Positions 1 to 8,385 of a stretch of 25,070 bases of DNA are shown here, in pieces. Every line of letters begins with the position of its first letter. The stretch's first letter is position 1. The translations under genes and the position numbers were made by a program. Origin of the DNA: Deinococcales bacterium (GTDB lineage: Bacteria > Deinococcota > Deinococci > Deinococcales > JAAFIG01); contig JAYWGM010000046.1 in assembly GCA_043778225.1 (NCBI GenBank), positions 1 through 25,070 on the forward strand. The letters run 5' to 3'. The notes under the pieces were generated by a model. That model saw nothing but the letters and a program-made list of their open reading frames with translations, had not been told where the DNA came from and ran no database searches.

Positions 1-25
1 TCCCGACTAAAAGGAGTATCAACAA

Positions 26-97
26 ATACCGTCTTTGACAGGTACGAAGCAATCCGCGTTTTTTGCGGATTGCATAGTATCTAAATAAAGACGGTAT
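26..97. promoter_or_regulatory. Nested inverted repeats upstream of the ter operon (candidate operator/promoter region)
   Basis: ATACCGTCTTT (26-36) is the perfect reverse complement of AAAGACGGTAT (87-97). Inside, GCAATCCGC (49-57) pairs with GCGGATTGC (65-73). TTGACA lies at 35-40 and a TANNNT -10-like TAAAAT at 97-102. Function is inferred. Confidence 0.5.
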
Positions 98-105
98 AAA
101 ATGGC

Positions 106-249
106 GACCATGCCCTAAGCACGAACAGCCTAATAGGTGCTGTCTTGTGAGCAAGAAGGTGCGTGTATATGGTCAAGAGAGGGTTATTCAGTTTGTTCTG
201 TTCTAAACCCTCTCTTTTCGAGGGGGTCAGCGCTCCGCGCTGGGGGGAG
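106..249 (+). ncRNA. Candidate structured 5' leader (riboswitch/attenuator-like) of the ter operon; family not recognised
   Basis: Hand-folded stems: 106-111/169-174, 119-122/159-162, 125-129/139-143, 144-147/152-155, then 175-185/206-216 competing with 207-214/220-227, and 228-233/237-242 next to the SD GGGGGGAG (242-249). Confidence 0.4.
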
Positions 250-252
250 TTC

Positions 253-1377
253 GTGACAGCAAATCATCATCTTCACTTACCTTCGGGTTGCCTTTGCCTA
301 AATTTACTCGAGGCGCAAAAACCGCTTCTTGAGGCATTGCTGCACATCGGTCTGCGCCAAAACCCCAAGCGTGGATTTTTACTCATCAGCCGCATTCTCG
401 GTAAGCATTTGCCTGTGCAGCCACGACAAATGCTCGAGTCGTACCGACTATTGGCAAGCCAACTCTCCAACGCCACCACGACTTTTATTGGTATGGCAGA
501 AACCGCCACCGCCCTTGGACAAGGCGTTTTTGAAGCCTATGCCGAGCGCCAGCCAAGCGACGTAAGGTACATCAGCACAACCCGCTATCCTTTGGATTTT
601 CCAACCCTGACTTTTGAGGAAACCCATTCACACGCGCCAAGTCATTACCTTCATTTGACCCCAGAAAACAAAGCGTTTTTCTTAAAGACCACCCGCTTGG
701 TTTTGGTGGACGATGAAATTTCGACTGGTCAGACTTTACTGCGCTTGGCTCGAGTCTTTAGCCAGTTTGCACCCAAACTCGAGCAGATTGACTTGGTTTC
801 TTTAACCGATTTCTTGGGGACACAACGCCAAGCTGTCTTGGCACAGTTTCCAGTCCCGACCCATTCGGTGGCACTTCTTAAAGCTGGACTCGAGTTTGTG
901 CCAGACCCAAAATGGCGTGTCTGTCTGCCCTCGAGTCAGCCTCCGTTGCCCCACACCGCGCCGCATGGTTTGGCTCGAGTTGGCTGTGCGCCGCAAGGGT
1001 TTGTTTTGCCACACATCAACGCCCTTGCCAACAAAATCGCGGCTCGAGAAAAAGCAGTTCAGGTCTTAGGCACAGGCGAATTTCAATTTGAACCTTTTTT
1101 ATTGGCATTGGCGCTTGAGCAACTGGGCATAGAAGTCTATTTTCGTGCCACAACCCGCTCACCCATTCTCGAGCATGGCGTGATTCAGCAACGGCTCGAG
1201 TTTCTGGATAATTATGAACAAGGGCTGACAAATTATTTGTATAACCATTTGATGCTGGCGCATATGCCGACCATTGTCTGCACAGAGACACCAAATTTCG
1301 GTTTCTTGCCGCCTGAAATTGGCATGGTCTATTATTGCGATTTTACAAAACTCCCCTTAAAACTGGTTGAGGCATGA
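253..1377 (+). CDS. Ter-cluster phosphoribosyltransferase-like protein with C-terminal TRSP domain
   Basis: ORF 163..1377; GTG at 253 chosen because it follows GGGGGGAG. Motifs RQNPKRGFLLISRILGKH, FIGMAETATALG, FEETHSHA, LVLVDDEISTGQT (PRTase loop), LGTGEF and TTRSPI are typical of ter-associated PRTase_2/TRSP proteins. Confidence 0.85.
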   Translation: MTANHHLHLPSGCLCLNLLEAQKPLLEALLHIGLRQNPKRGFLLISRILGKHLPVQPRQMLESYRLLASQLSNATTTFIGMAETATALGQGVFEAYAERQPSDVRYISTTRYPLDFPTLTFEETHSHAPSHYLHLTPENKAFFLKTTRLVLVDDEISTGQTLLRLARVFSQFAPKLEQIDLVSLTDFLGTQRQAVLAQFPVPTHSVALLKAGLEFVPDPKWRVCLPSSQPPLPHTAPHGLARVGCAPQGFVLPHINALANKIAAREKAVQVLGTGEFQFEPFLLALALEQLGIEVYFRATTRSPILEHGVIQQRLEFLDNYEQGLTNYLYNHLMLAHMPTIVCTETPNFGFLPPEIGMVYYCDFTKLPLKLVEA

Positions 1378-2120
1378 AACGCTTTGTCTTTAGCGACTTA
1401 GACAACACCATCGTGCGTCATTTATCTCGAGTCGGTCAAGAAACCTTTGAAGTCGTTGGCACAGACGAAACTGGGCAAGCCAACACGGTCATGACCACCA
1501 GCGATCTCGAGTTTTACCAAGAAATCAGCCGTTTTGGCAGGCTGATTCCAACTACAGGTCGGTCTATGGCAGCCTATGGGCGGCTTTTTGGCTTACAATT
1601 TGAATCTTGGGTGATCCTCAATCATGGCGCAACGATTTTGACCCCAGACTCGAGCGTGGATACGGTTTGGCTCGAGCGCACCACAAAAATCATGTCCGGT
1701 TTAACGACCGATTTACGGCGGCTTTATCAACATTTGCAGCCCCTCAGTCACCTGTTACTCGAGGATTGCCAATACAGCAACACGATTAAACTGCATTTGG
1801 AACACAATTTGCCTTTGTATATTTCGGTTCGGGCTTCACGCACCATGCCCCAAGCCCACCTCGAGATGCTGCGCCAAAAAATTCTTGAGGTGCTTGGACT
1901 CGAGCCAGACTTTGAGTTGCTGCACACAGGTCGGATTACTTCGGTGATTCCGTGCTTACTTAACAAAAAAGATGCGGTTCTCGAGGTCATGGCGCGTCTT
2001 GGACCAACCGAGACCCTAGGCGTTGGGGATGCCTTAACAGATTTACCATTTATGCGGCTTTGCGATTTTCAACGCGCCCCCGAAAACTCGGAAATTCAAA
2101 GCGCTCAGTGGCGCATATGA
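1374..2120 (+). CDS. HAD-superfamily hydrolase/phosphatase (ter-cluster associated)
   Basis: Motif I FSDLDNT, motif II PTTGRS, motif III/IV K...GVGDALTDLPF; ATGA overlap with the upstream gene. Confidence 0.85.
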   Translation: MKRFVFSDLDNTIVRHLSRVGQETFEVVGTDETGQANTVMTTSDLEFYQEISRFGRLIPTTGRSMAAYGRLFGLQFESWVILNHGATILTPDSSVDTVWLERTTKIMSGLTTDLRRLYQHLQPLSHLLLEDCQYSNTIKLHLEHNLPLYISVRASRTMPQAHLEMLRQKILEVLGLEPDFELLHTGRITSVIPCLLNKKDAVLEVMARLGPTETLGVGDALTDLPFMRLCDFQRAPENSEIQSAQWRI

Positions 2121-3157
2121 GTGGTTTCTCGGGTTCGTATGACCCAAACGATGTGCAGTTTTTACTGCAACCGCAGGTGATGCAAACCGTGAGCATTAGC
2201 GAAAAAGAACGTTTAATTGCCTCTGGACAGCATTATGGGACATTGCTTGGCAGCGAAAATCCACCGAGTCAACTGTACCAAGATTTATTTTGGGCAACCC
2301 TCAAGCGCAATAAAGCCCAAGTTGCCAAAGACGTGCTGGCGCTGGCGCTGTATTTACAAAACCAGCAAAAAACCGTGCTGGTTTCCTTGGCTCGAGGCGG
2401 CACACCCATCGGGATTTTATTAAAACGCACCTTGGCGTTGCTGGGCGTTAAAAGCACCCATTACTCGGTTTCGATTATCCGCGACCACGGAATTGATTTT
2501 GCAGCGCTCGAGTTTATCCTAAAGCGCCACCCCGACTTTAGCCTTGCTTTTATTGATGGTTGGACAGGCAAAGGTGTGATTGCCCGTGAACTCGAGCAGA
2601 GCCTTGGAGTTTTTAATGCCACCCACAACTGCCAAATCTCGAGCCATTTGCACGTTCTGTCAGACCCAAGTGGCTTTGCCGCTACGGCTGCCACGCGGCT
2701 TGATTATCTTTTGCCCAACGCGATGCTCAATGCCACCATTTCGGGCTTGGTGTCGCGCAGTTTTTTAAGTCCACACGGCTTTCATGGGGTGATGGAACTT
2801 TCAGAGTTAGCCCAGTTTGATGTCTCCAAGCCGTACCTCGAAAATATCATGTCTACCATCGCAAGTCTCGAGCAACCAACCCAAGTGATTCATGCTGATT
2901 TGGCGCAGCAAAAAGAAAGTACGGCGCTGCTTTTAGGTATCGCGGCGCAGCACAATGTTGGTCTTGGTTTGGTCAAGCCCGGCGTTGGCGAAGCAACCCG
3001 AGTGCTGTTGCGCCGTCAGCCGAAACTTTTACTGCTCAAAGCTCGTATTCCTGATACGCTACACCTCGAGAACTTAGCGACTCATCTTTGTCCGATTATC
3101 GAAATGGATATACCGTATGCCGCCATCGCCGTGATTCAAAAAGGAGAAACACCATGA
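2117..3157 (+). CDS. StiP-family 'cysteine protease'/PRTase-like protein with C-terminal PELOTA-like RNA-binding domain
   Basis: Start at ATG 2117 (ATGA overlap). Motifs FSGSYDPNDVQFLL, LVSLARGGTPIG, HYSVSIIRDHGID, FIDGWTGKG, LNATISGLVSRS and VKPGVGEATRVLLRR match this ter-linked family. Confidence 0.85.
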   Translation: MSGFSGSYDPNDVQFLLQPQVMQTVSISEKERLIASGQHYGTLLGSENPPSQLYQDLFWATLKRNKAQVAKDVLALALYLQNQQKTVLVSLARGGTPIGILLKRTLALLGVKSTHYSVSIIRDHGIDFAALEFILKRHPDFSLAFIDGWTGKGVIARELEQSLGVFNATHNCQISSHLHVLSDPSGFAATAATRLDYLLPNAMLNATISGLVSRSFLSPHGFHGVMELSELAQFDVSKPYLENIMSTIASLEQPTQVIHADLAQQKESTALLLGIAAQHNVGLGLVKPGVGEATRVLLRRQPKLLLLKARIPDTLHLENLATHLCPIIEMDIPYAAIAVIQKGETP

Positions 3158-3609
3158 GTTTTTGGAATCAATTAAAAGAACAAGCTGGTTCGTTGGCAAA
3201 AAACCTGACCACCGAAGTTGCCAAATTCAAAAACAATGATTTTGCGTCTGCGTCAATGGCGGTCTGTGCCTTGATTGCTGCTGCCGACGGGAGCATTGAC
3301 CCAAGCGAAAAACAAAAAACCACAGCTTTAATCATGAGTAATTCGGTGCTGAGTATTTTTACGCCATCGGACTTAAAAGTCAAATTCGATTTTTTTTGCG
3401 ATAAACTCAATGCCGATTTTGATTTTGGCAAAGTCGAAGTGATTCAAGCCATCGCTAAACTTAAATCCAAGCCCGACCAAGCCAGAGCGATTATTCAAAT
3501 TGGGATTATCATTGGTTCAGCTGACGGTAACTTTGACGTGTCCGAGAAAAAAGCCTTAAAAGAGGCTTGCTTAGCGGTTGGTATCAGCCCAACCGAGTAC
3601 GACCTATAA
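3154..3609 (+). CDS. terB: Tellurite resistance protein TerB
   Basis: ATG 3154 after AAGGAG; ALIAAADGSIDPSEK and IIGSADGNFDVSEK duplicated motifs; ter context. Confidence 0.92.
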   Translation: MSFWNQLKEQAGSLAKNLTTEVAKFKNNDFASASMAVCALIAAADGSIDPSEKQKTTALIMSNSVLSIFTPSDLKVKFDFFCDKLNADFDFGKVEVIQAIAKLKSKPDQARAIIQIGIIIGSADGNFDVSEKKALKEACLAVGISPTEYDL

Positions 3610-3613
3610 GCCT

Positions 3614-4531
3614 ATGCTGCTCAAAACCGTACATCCGTTAGAACTTGGTGCGAGTTTGTATGTTCCCGCGACTCGAGCCGATTTGCTGGCAATCGGCTTG
3701 GGAAAGCAAATCCCGAATCTTCGCAGTCTGATTTATTGCTGCGAAGATTCGATAGAAGAAAATGACCTACCATTGGCAATCAGCAATTTGAGAGCGGTCT
3801 TGCCATTTTTGGATCATCCAATGCTGCGTTTTGCTCGTCCACGCAACCCGCACAACCTCGAGACGATGCTGGAAATGCCGTCTATCGAAAAGCTGCATGG
3901 TTTTGTGCTGCCAAAAGTGACCGCTAATAACCTCGCTGATTACTTAAAAGTGATTCGCCACTCGAGCCGTGGCTTTACCTTTCAGTACATGGTTACGGTC
4001 GAGACCAAAGAAACTTTTTCGGTGCAGCAAATGGAGCATTTGCGCGATTTATTGCTGGCTTCAGAATTGCCGGTGCTTTCAATCCGAATTGGCGGCAACG
4101 ACCTGCTTAATTTACTGGCGCTGCGGCGGCAACGCGGATTGGTGGCTTATAAAACACCCTTGGGTTTGGTGATTCAGCAATTGGTTGGGGTTTTTAAGCC
4201 GTATGGTTTTAGCGTGGCTGCACCGGTTTATGACTTTACCGACGACCCCCAAACCTTGATTTCCGAAGCCTTACTCGATGTGCAGCATGGTTTGGTTGGT
4301 AAAACCGCGATTCATCCGCGCCAGATTGCTTTAATCCAAGCCGCCTATCAAGTTCGAGCCGAAGATGTGATGGCTGCTACAGCAATCCTTGCGCCAAACG
4401 CCCCAGCCGTTTTTCGGATTGGCGACCAGATGTGCGAACCCGCTACCCACCATCAGTGGGCAAAAAGCATTTTGCGTCAAGCCCAGATTTATGGTGAATT
4501 GCCAGCCCGTCTCGAGGAACAGTATGCCTGA
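3614..4531 (+). CDS. HpcH/HpaI aldolase/citrate-lyase-like TIM-barrel C-C lyase (ter-cluster associated)
   Basis: LGASLYVPATR, CCEDSI, GFVLPK, IRIGGNDL, GLVGKTAIHPRQI and MCEPATHHQWA motifs; ATG 3614 chosen within ORF 3578..4531. Confidence 0.85.
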   Translation: MLLKTVHPLELGASLYVPATRADLLAIGLGKQIPNLRSLIYCCEDSIEENDLPLAISNLRAVLPFLDHPMLRFARPRNPHNLETMLEMPSIEKLHGFVLPKVTANNLADYLKVIRHSSRGFTFQYMVTVETKETFSVQQMEHLRDLLLASELPVLSIRIGGNDLLNLLALRRQRGLVAYKTPLGLVIQQLVGVFKPYGFSVAAPVYDFTDDPQTLISEALLDVQHGLVGKTAIHPRQIALIQAAYQVRAEDVMAATAILAPNAPAVFRIGDQMCEPATHHQWAKSILRQAQIYGELPARLEEQYA

Positions 4532-5303
4532 ATTGATAAGCCCAGCCATGAAAGTTGTCGAAACAAAAGTGATTGGTGGCACAACCATCGAAATCATCGA
4601 ATACACCGAATTGCGCGGCGCGGGTTCGCCAGCCGAGATTTACTACCGCGAAAAACTTGGGATTCGCTTAAAAACCATTTGCATCACCCTCAAAAACAGT
4701 TCTTTTACTTCCGAGCCGGGAGCGCTGCATTACCTGCGAGGCAAAGTCGAAATGAAATCCGAAGGTGGCGGCGGGGTTGGTGGCTTTTTGAACCGTGCAA
4801 TTCAGAGCATGGCAACTGGCGAAACGATGTACAAGACCGAATACAAAGGCACGGGTTTAATTTATCTCGAGCCAACCTATAACCATTACATGATGCTCGA
4901 GATAGACAACGACGAGATTGTGACCGATAAGGGCGCATTTGTGGCGGCGGCTGGCAATTTTTCGTATCTGGTCAAAAAACCCGATTCGGTGGTTTCGGGT
5001 TTACTGGGTGGTGAAGGTATTTTTCAGCCGATGGTGCGTGGCAGTGGAATTGTTATTTTGCAGACCCCAGTCCCACAAGCCGAATTGCAAACCGTGGTTC
5101 TCGAGAACGACCAATTGGTGGTGGATGGTAATTTTGCAGTGGCGCGGACTGGGCAAATCAGTATGTCGGTGCAAAAATCCCAGAAGTCTTTGTTGGGTTC
5201 AGCCCGTGGTGGCGATGGCATGGTCACGGTTTTTAAGGGCAGTGGTGTGGTTTGGTTAGCCCCGACGGCAAGATTGTACCAACCGAGTATACTGTCACTC
5301 TAA
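4524..5303 (+). CDS. AIM24-family protein
   Basis: ATG 4524 after GAGGA; EPGALHYLRG, ATGE..YKTEYKGTG.IYLEP, GGEGIFQ, VDGNFAVAR and GDGMVTVFKGSG.VWLAP repeats. AIM24 is a known ter-cluster companion. Confidence 0.85.
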   Translation: MPELISPAMKVVETKVIGGTTIEIIEYTELRGAGSPAEIYYREKLGIRLKTICITLKNSSFTSEPGALHYLRGKVEMKSEGGGGVGGFLNRAIQSMATGETMYKTEYKGTGLIYLEPTYNHYMMLEIDNDEIVTDKGAFVAAAGNFSYLVKKPDSVVSGLLGGEGIFQPMVRGSGIVILQTPVPQAELQTVVLENDQLVVDGNFAVARTGQISMSVQKSQKSLLGSARGGDGMVTVFKGSGVVWLAPTARLYQPSILSL

Positions 5304-5315
5304 AAGGAGGTTTGT

Positions 5316-6530
5316 ATGCAGTTACAACGCGGTCAACGAAGCAAACTGGCAGATTTAGGCTTGGCTCAGCAGTTTTTGGTGGCACTCGAGGTTGCGGGTG
5401 GCGGTCTGAGTTTTGACACCGCTTGTTTTGGCTTGGATGCCCAAGAGCGCTTATCCAACGATGCCTATATGATTTTTTATAATCAAGTTGCTTCGCCCGA
5501 CCATGCGATTATTTACAGCCAAACTCGAGAACACCTCTACACCATTAACTTGGCGGTTTTAAGCAGCAGCATTCAAAAATTGGTATTTACGATCACCGCC
5601 CCAGAACCTCACAGCCTAACCATTGTCAGCCAAGGCAGCATTGTGATTCGCCACTTGCATGGCGCAGAGGTGGCTCGTTATGCCTTTACGGGTAAGGATT
5701 TTACAGCCGAAAAAGCCGTCATGGGACTCGAGATGTACTTAAAAGACGGCGTATGGCGTTTACACGCTTGTGGGCAGGGCTTCGCGGGTGGTTTAGATGC
5801 CCTTGTGACCCATTTTGGTGGCGAAGTGGCTGCTCCCGCCCCGACTCCCGTACCCGTCAATGTTCCACCGCCCATCCAAGTGCCAGTAGCTGTACCGCCG
5901 CCGCCACCGCCTTCACCACCCAAGCCCAATGTTTTGCTGACCAAAGTGACGCTCGAGAAACGCGGTGAGGTGGCTAAAATTTCACTGCGTAAAGAAGGCT
6001 CGAATGCGATTCATATTAACCTCAATTGGAATCAGCAAGCCAAACGCGGTTTTTTAGGCATGACCACGCCGGCTGCCGACCTCGATTTGGGCTGTATGTT
6101 TGAAATGCTCGACGGCAACAAAGGCGTGTTGCAAGCGCTGGGCGATAAAATGGGGCGCAAGGGCGAATATCCATTTATTTATGTCGATAAGGACGACCGT
6201 AGTGGCGCTTCGGCAAACGGCGAGAACCTCTTTATCGAACGCCCAGATTTAATCAAACGGGTGATGGTGTTTGCCTATATTTATGAAGGCGCAAAAGCTG
6301 GTTTTCAGGGCGTGGAAGGTCGGATGAGCATGACCGACCCAGCTGGCAACGAAATAAAACTAGCCCTCAATAACCCAGATGCGCGTTTGACTTTTTGCTG
6401 TGTGGCATTGGTACAACAAGTCGGTGGCGAAGTTTCGATTCGCAAGGATGAAAACTATTTTCAACACCACGGACAAGCCGATGAGCATTATGGCTTTGGC
6501 TTCAAATGGAGCGCTGGCAGCAAAGATTAA
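5316..6530 (+). CDS. terA: TerA-like tellurium resistance protein (TerD-like N domain, Pro-rich linker, TerA-type C domain)
   Basis: SD AAGGAGG. N domain YMIFYNQ...[14 protein letters not shown], linker APAPTPVP...PPPPPPSPPKP, C domain INLNWNQ, DLDLGCMFE, LQALG, DKDDRSG...GENL, YGFGFKWSAGSKD. Confidence 0.85.
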   Translation: MQLQRGQRSKLADLGLAQQFLVALEVAGGGLSFDTACFGLDAQERLSNDAYMIFYNQVASPDHAIIYSQTREHLYTINLAVLSSSIQKLVFTITAPEPHSLTIVSQGSIVIRHLHGAEVARYAFTGKDFTAEKAVMGLEMYLKDGVWRLHACGQGFAGGLDALVTHFGGEVAAPAPTPVPVNVPPPIQVPVAVPPPPPPSPPKPNVLLTKVTLEKRGEVAKISLRKEGSNAIHINLNWNQQAKRGFLGMTTPAADLDLGCMFEMLDGNKGVLQALGDKMGRKGEYPFIYVDKDDRSGASANGENLFIERPDLIKRVMVFAYIYEGAKAGFQGVEGRMSMTDPAGNEIKLALNNPDARLTFCCVALVQQVGGEVSIRKDENYFQHHGQADEHYGFGFKWSAGSKD

Positions 6531-6561
6531 GAAAAGGTCTCTTGACTTTGAAGATATACCC

Positions 6562-6610
6562 GACAGGCATGGTCGCCTGTCACTACTGTAGGCGAACCCC
6601 CATGTTCGCC
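6562..6610. repeat. Two back-to-back GTAG-type REP-like palindromes
   Basis: Minus strand GTAGTGACAGGCGACCATGCCTGTC (6586-6562; stem 6562-6568/6575-6581) and plus strand GTAGGCGAACCCCCATGTTCGCC (6588-6610; stem 6591-6597/6604-6610). Confidence 0.55.
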
Positions 6611-6687
6611 CTGTGACAAACCATGATTTTATGACTTTATTAACACGTTCTAAGCCCTCTCGAGCAAGACCTATTTAGGGAGTTACC

Positions 6688-7263
6688 ATGGCAATTACAC
6701 TCAGCAAAGGCGGCAATATCTCGCTCTCCAAAACCGATCCAACCCTGACCAAACTGATTATTGGCTTAGGCTGGGACACTCGAGCCACCGATGGACAAGA
6801 TTTTGATTTGGATGCCAGTGCATTTTTAACCAACGCCAGTGGCAAGACTCGCGGCGACAACGACTTTATTTTTTATAATAACCTGACCACCCCAGATGGC
6901 GTGACCCACACCGGCGATAACCGCACTGGGGCTGGCGACGGCGACGACGAACAAATTAAAATTGACCTGACCAAACTGCCTGCCGATGTGGCTTCGGTTT
7001 TTATTACGGTCACAATTCACGATGGAGAAACGCGCCGTCAGAACTTTGGGCAAGTCCGCAACGCTTTTGCTCGAGTCGTCAATGAAGCCACCAATGCCGA
7101 AGTTGCCCGCTACGATTTGGGCGAGGATTTCTCGACCGAAACCGCCGTTATTTTCTGTGAAGTCTACCGCAATGCCGCCGAATGGAAATTCCGAGCCGTC
7201 GGGCAGGGCTTCGCGGGTGGCTTAAACGCGCTGGTGCGTCATTATGGCTTAAATGCGGGTTAA
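6688..7263 (+). CDS. terD: TerD/TerE-family stress protein
   Basis: [56 protein letters not shown] and [22 protein letters not shown]. TerD versus TerE cannot be resolved by eye. Confidence 0.93.
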   Translation: MAITLSKGGNISLSKTDPTLTKLIIGLGWDTRATDGQDFDLDASAFLTNASGKTRGDNDFIFYNNLTTPDGVTHTGDNRTGAGDGDDEQIKIDLTKLPADVASVFITVTIHDGETRRQNFGQVRNAFARVVNEATNAEVARYDLGEDFSTETAVIFCEVYRNAAEWKFRAVGQGFAGGLNALVRHYGLNAG

Positions 7264-7271
7264 AGTGAGCT

Positions 7272-7289
7272 TTGAGTCTCGAGACTCAA
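7272..7289. repeat. Perfect 18-bp palindrome between terD and terC
   Basis: TTGAGTCTCGAGACTCAA is its own reverse complement and is centred on CTCGAG. Confidence 0.8.
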
Positions 7290-7328
7290 GAAATAAATAA
7301 GGTAAATCTCTCAAAGGTTGGCATACAT

Positions 7329-8378
7329 ATGATGGTACGTGAATTTGGTTTTTCGATTGGTTTAACAGTAATCTGTTTGGTTTTGGCAACCGTTTATGGA
7401 TTTAATGCAGGTGGTGCAGCCACGGCGTTTTCGTATTTTACGATTGCGGTTATTTTGGGCGTGATGGAACTTTCGTTATCATTTGATAACGCTGTGGTCA
7501 ACGCTTCGGTGCTTAAAAACATGAGTCCTGTTTGGCAACAGCGCTTTCTAACTTGGGGCATTCTGATTGCGGTTTTTGGAATGCGTTTTGTCTTCCCAAT
7601 TGTGATTGTGGCGGTGGTGGCTAACCTTGGCTTTCTCGAGGTACTGAACATGGCATTTACCGATTCAGCCCGCTATGCTAAAGAACTGACCTCTGCCGAA
7701 GTGCCAATCAGTGCTTTTGGTGGAACATTCTTAATGCTGGTATTTTTGAAATACCTGATGGACCCCGAGAAAGACACCCACTGGATTGTTGGACTCGAGA
7801 AACGCCTCGCCAGCATCGGGCGGCTTGATACGATTCAAGTCTTTATCACGGGTGTCTTGTTGCTGCTTTGCGTGCAGTTTTTAGTGCCGGGCGAAGAACG
7901 CTTGTCTGCCTTAACGTCGGGCATGGTCGGCATTTTGGTTTATGTTTTTGTGGATGCACTCGGTGGGCTTTTTGATTCGGATAACATGGCAGCCAACGCT
8001 GGCAAAGCTGGTCTGGCGAGCTTTATTTATCTCGAGGTGCTGGATGCTTCGTTTTCCTTGGATGGGGTGATTGGGGCATTTGCAATTACTAGAGATGTGG
8101 TTGTGATTGCGGCTGGTTTGTGTATTGGCGCGGCTTTTGTGCGTTCGATTACACTCTTGTTGGTCAAAAGCGATACCCTAAAAGCCTATCGTTACCTCGA
8201 GCATGGGGCGCACTACGGCATTGGTGCGTTAGCTACAATCATGCTTTTATCCATGAGTCACGATATTCATATTCCCGAACTAATCACTGGTTTAATTGGT
8301 GTGGCATTTATTGTCGTCTCGATTTATTCTTCGATGCAGTACAACAAGCGTAACCCTGAAGCCCTAAAAAACGATTAG
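7329..8378 (+). CDS. terC: DUF475-family TerC-like integral membrane protein
   Basis: LGVMELSLSFDNAVVNA, FLTWGILIAVFGMR, FIYLEVLDASFSLDGVIGAFAIT and YLEHGAHY motifs with many hydrophobic segments. Start uncertain (TTG 7272 versus ATG 7329/7332). Confidence 0.88.
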   Translation: MMVREFGFSIGLTVICLVLATVYGFNAGGAATAFSYFTIAVILGVMELSLSFDNAVVNASVLKNMSPVWQQRFLTWGILIAVFGMRFVFPIVIVAVVANLGFLEVLNMAFTDSARYAKELTSAEVPISAFGGTFLMLVFLKYLMDPEKDTHWIVGLEKRLASIGRLDTIQVFITGVLLLLCVQFLVPGEERLSALTSGMVGILVYVFVDALGGLFDSDNMAANAGKAGLASFIYLEVLDASFSLDGVIGAFAITRDVVVIAAGLCIGAAFVRSITLLLVKSDTLKAYRYLEHGAHYGIGALATIMLLSMSHDIHIPELITGLIGVAFIVVSIYSSMQYNKRNPEALKND

Positions 8379-8385
8379 GAAATCC

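Noticed and set aside
101..118. Tiny ORF MATMP as a leader peptide
   Set aside because: The first ATG overlaps the putative -10, there is no SD, and the codon content is uninformative.
5678..5944. Gly-rich minus-strand ORF and other short alternative-frame ORFs
   Set aside because: Antisense shadow of the TerA Pro-rich linker; the other short ORFs likewise lie within well-supported genes and show no motifs.
6628..6653. Deinococcal RDRM/DdrO box (TTATG... AT-rich stretch)
   Set aside because: Does not form the 17-bp palindrome; only a half-site resemblance.
6533..6687. yybP-ykoY riboswitch before terD (GCAAGACC at 6664-6671)
   Set aside because: The required upstream GGGGAGUAG block and the second conserved loop are not present in the right order; AGGGAG here is simply the SD.
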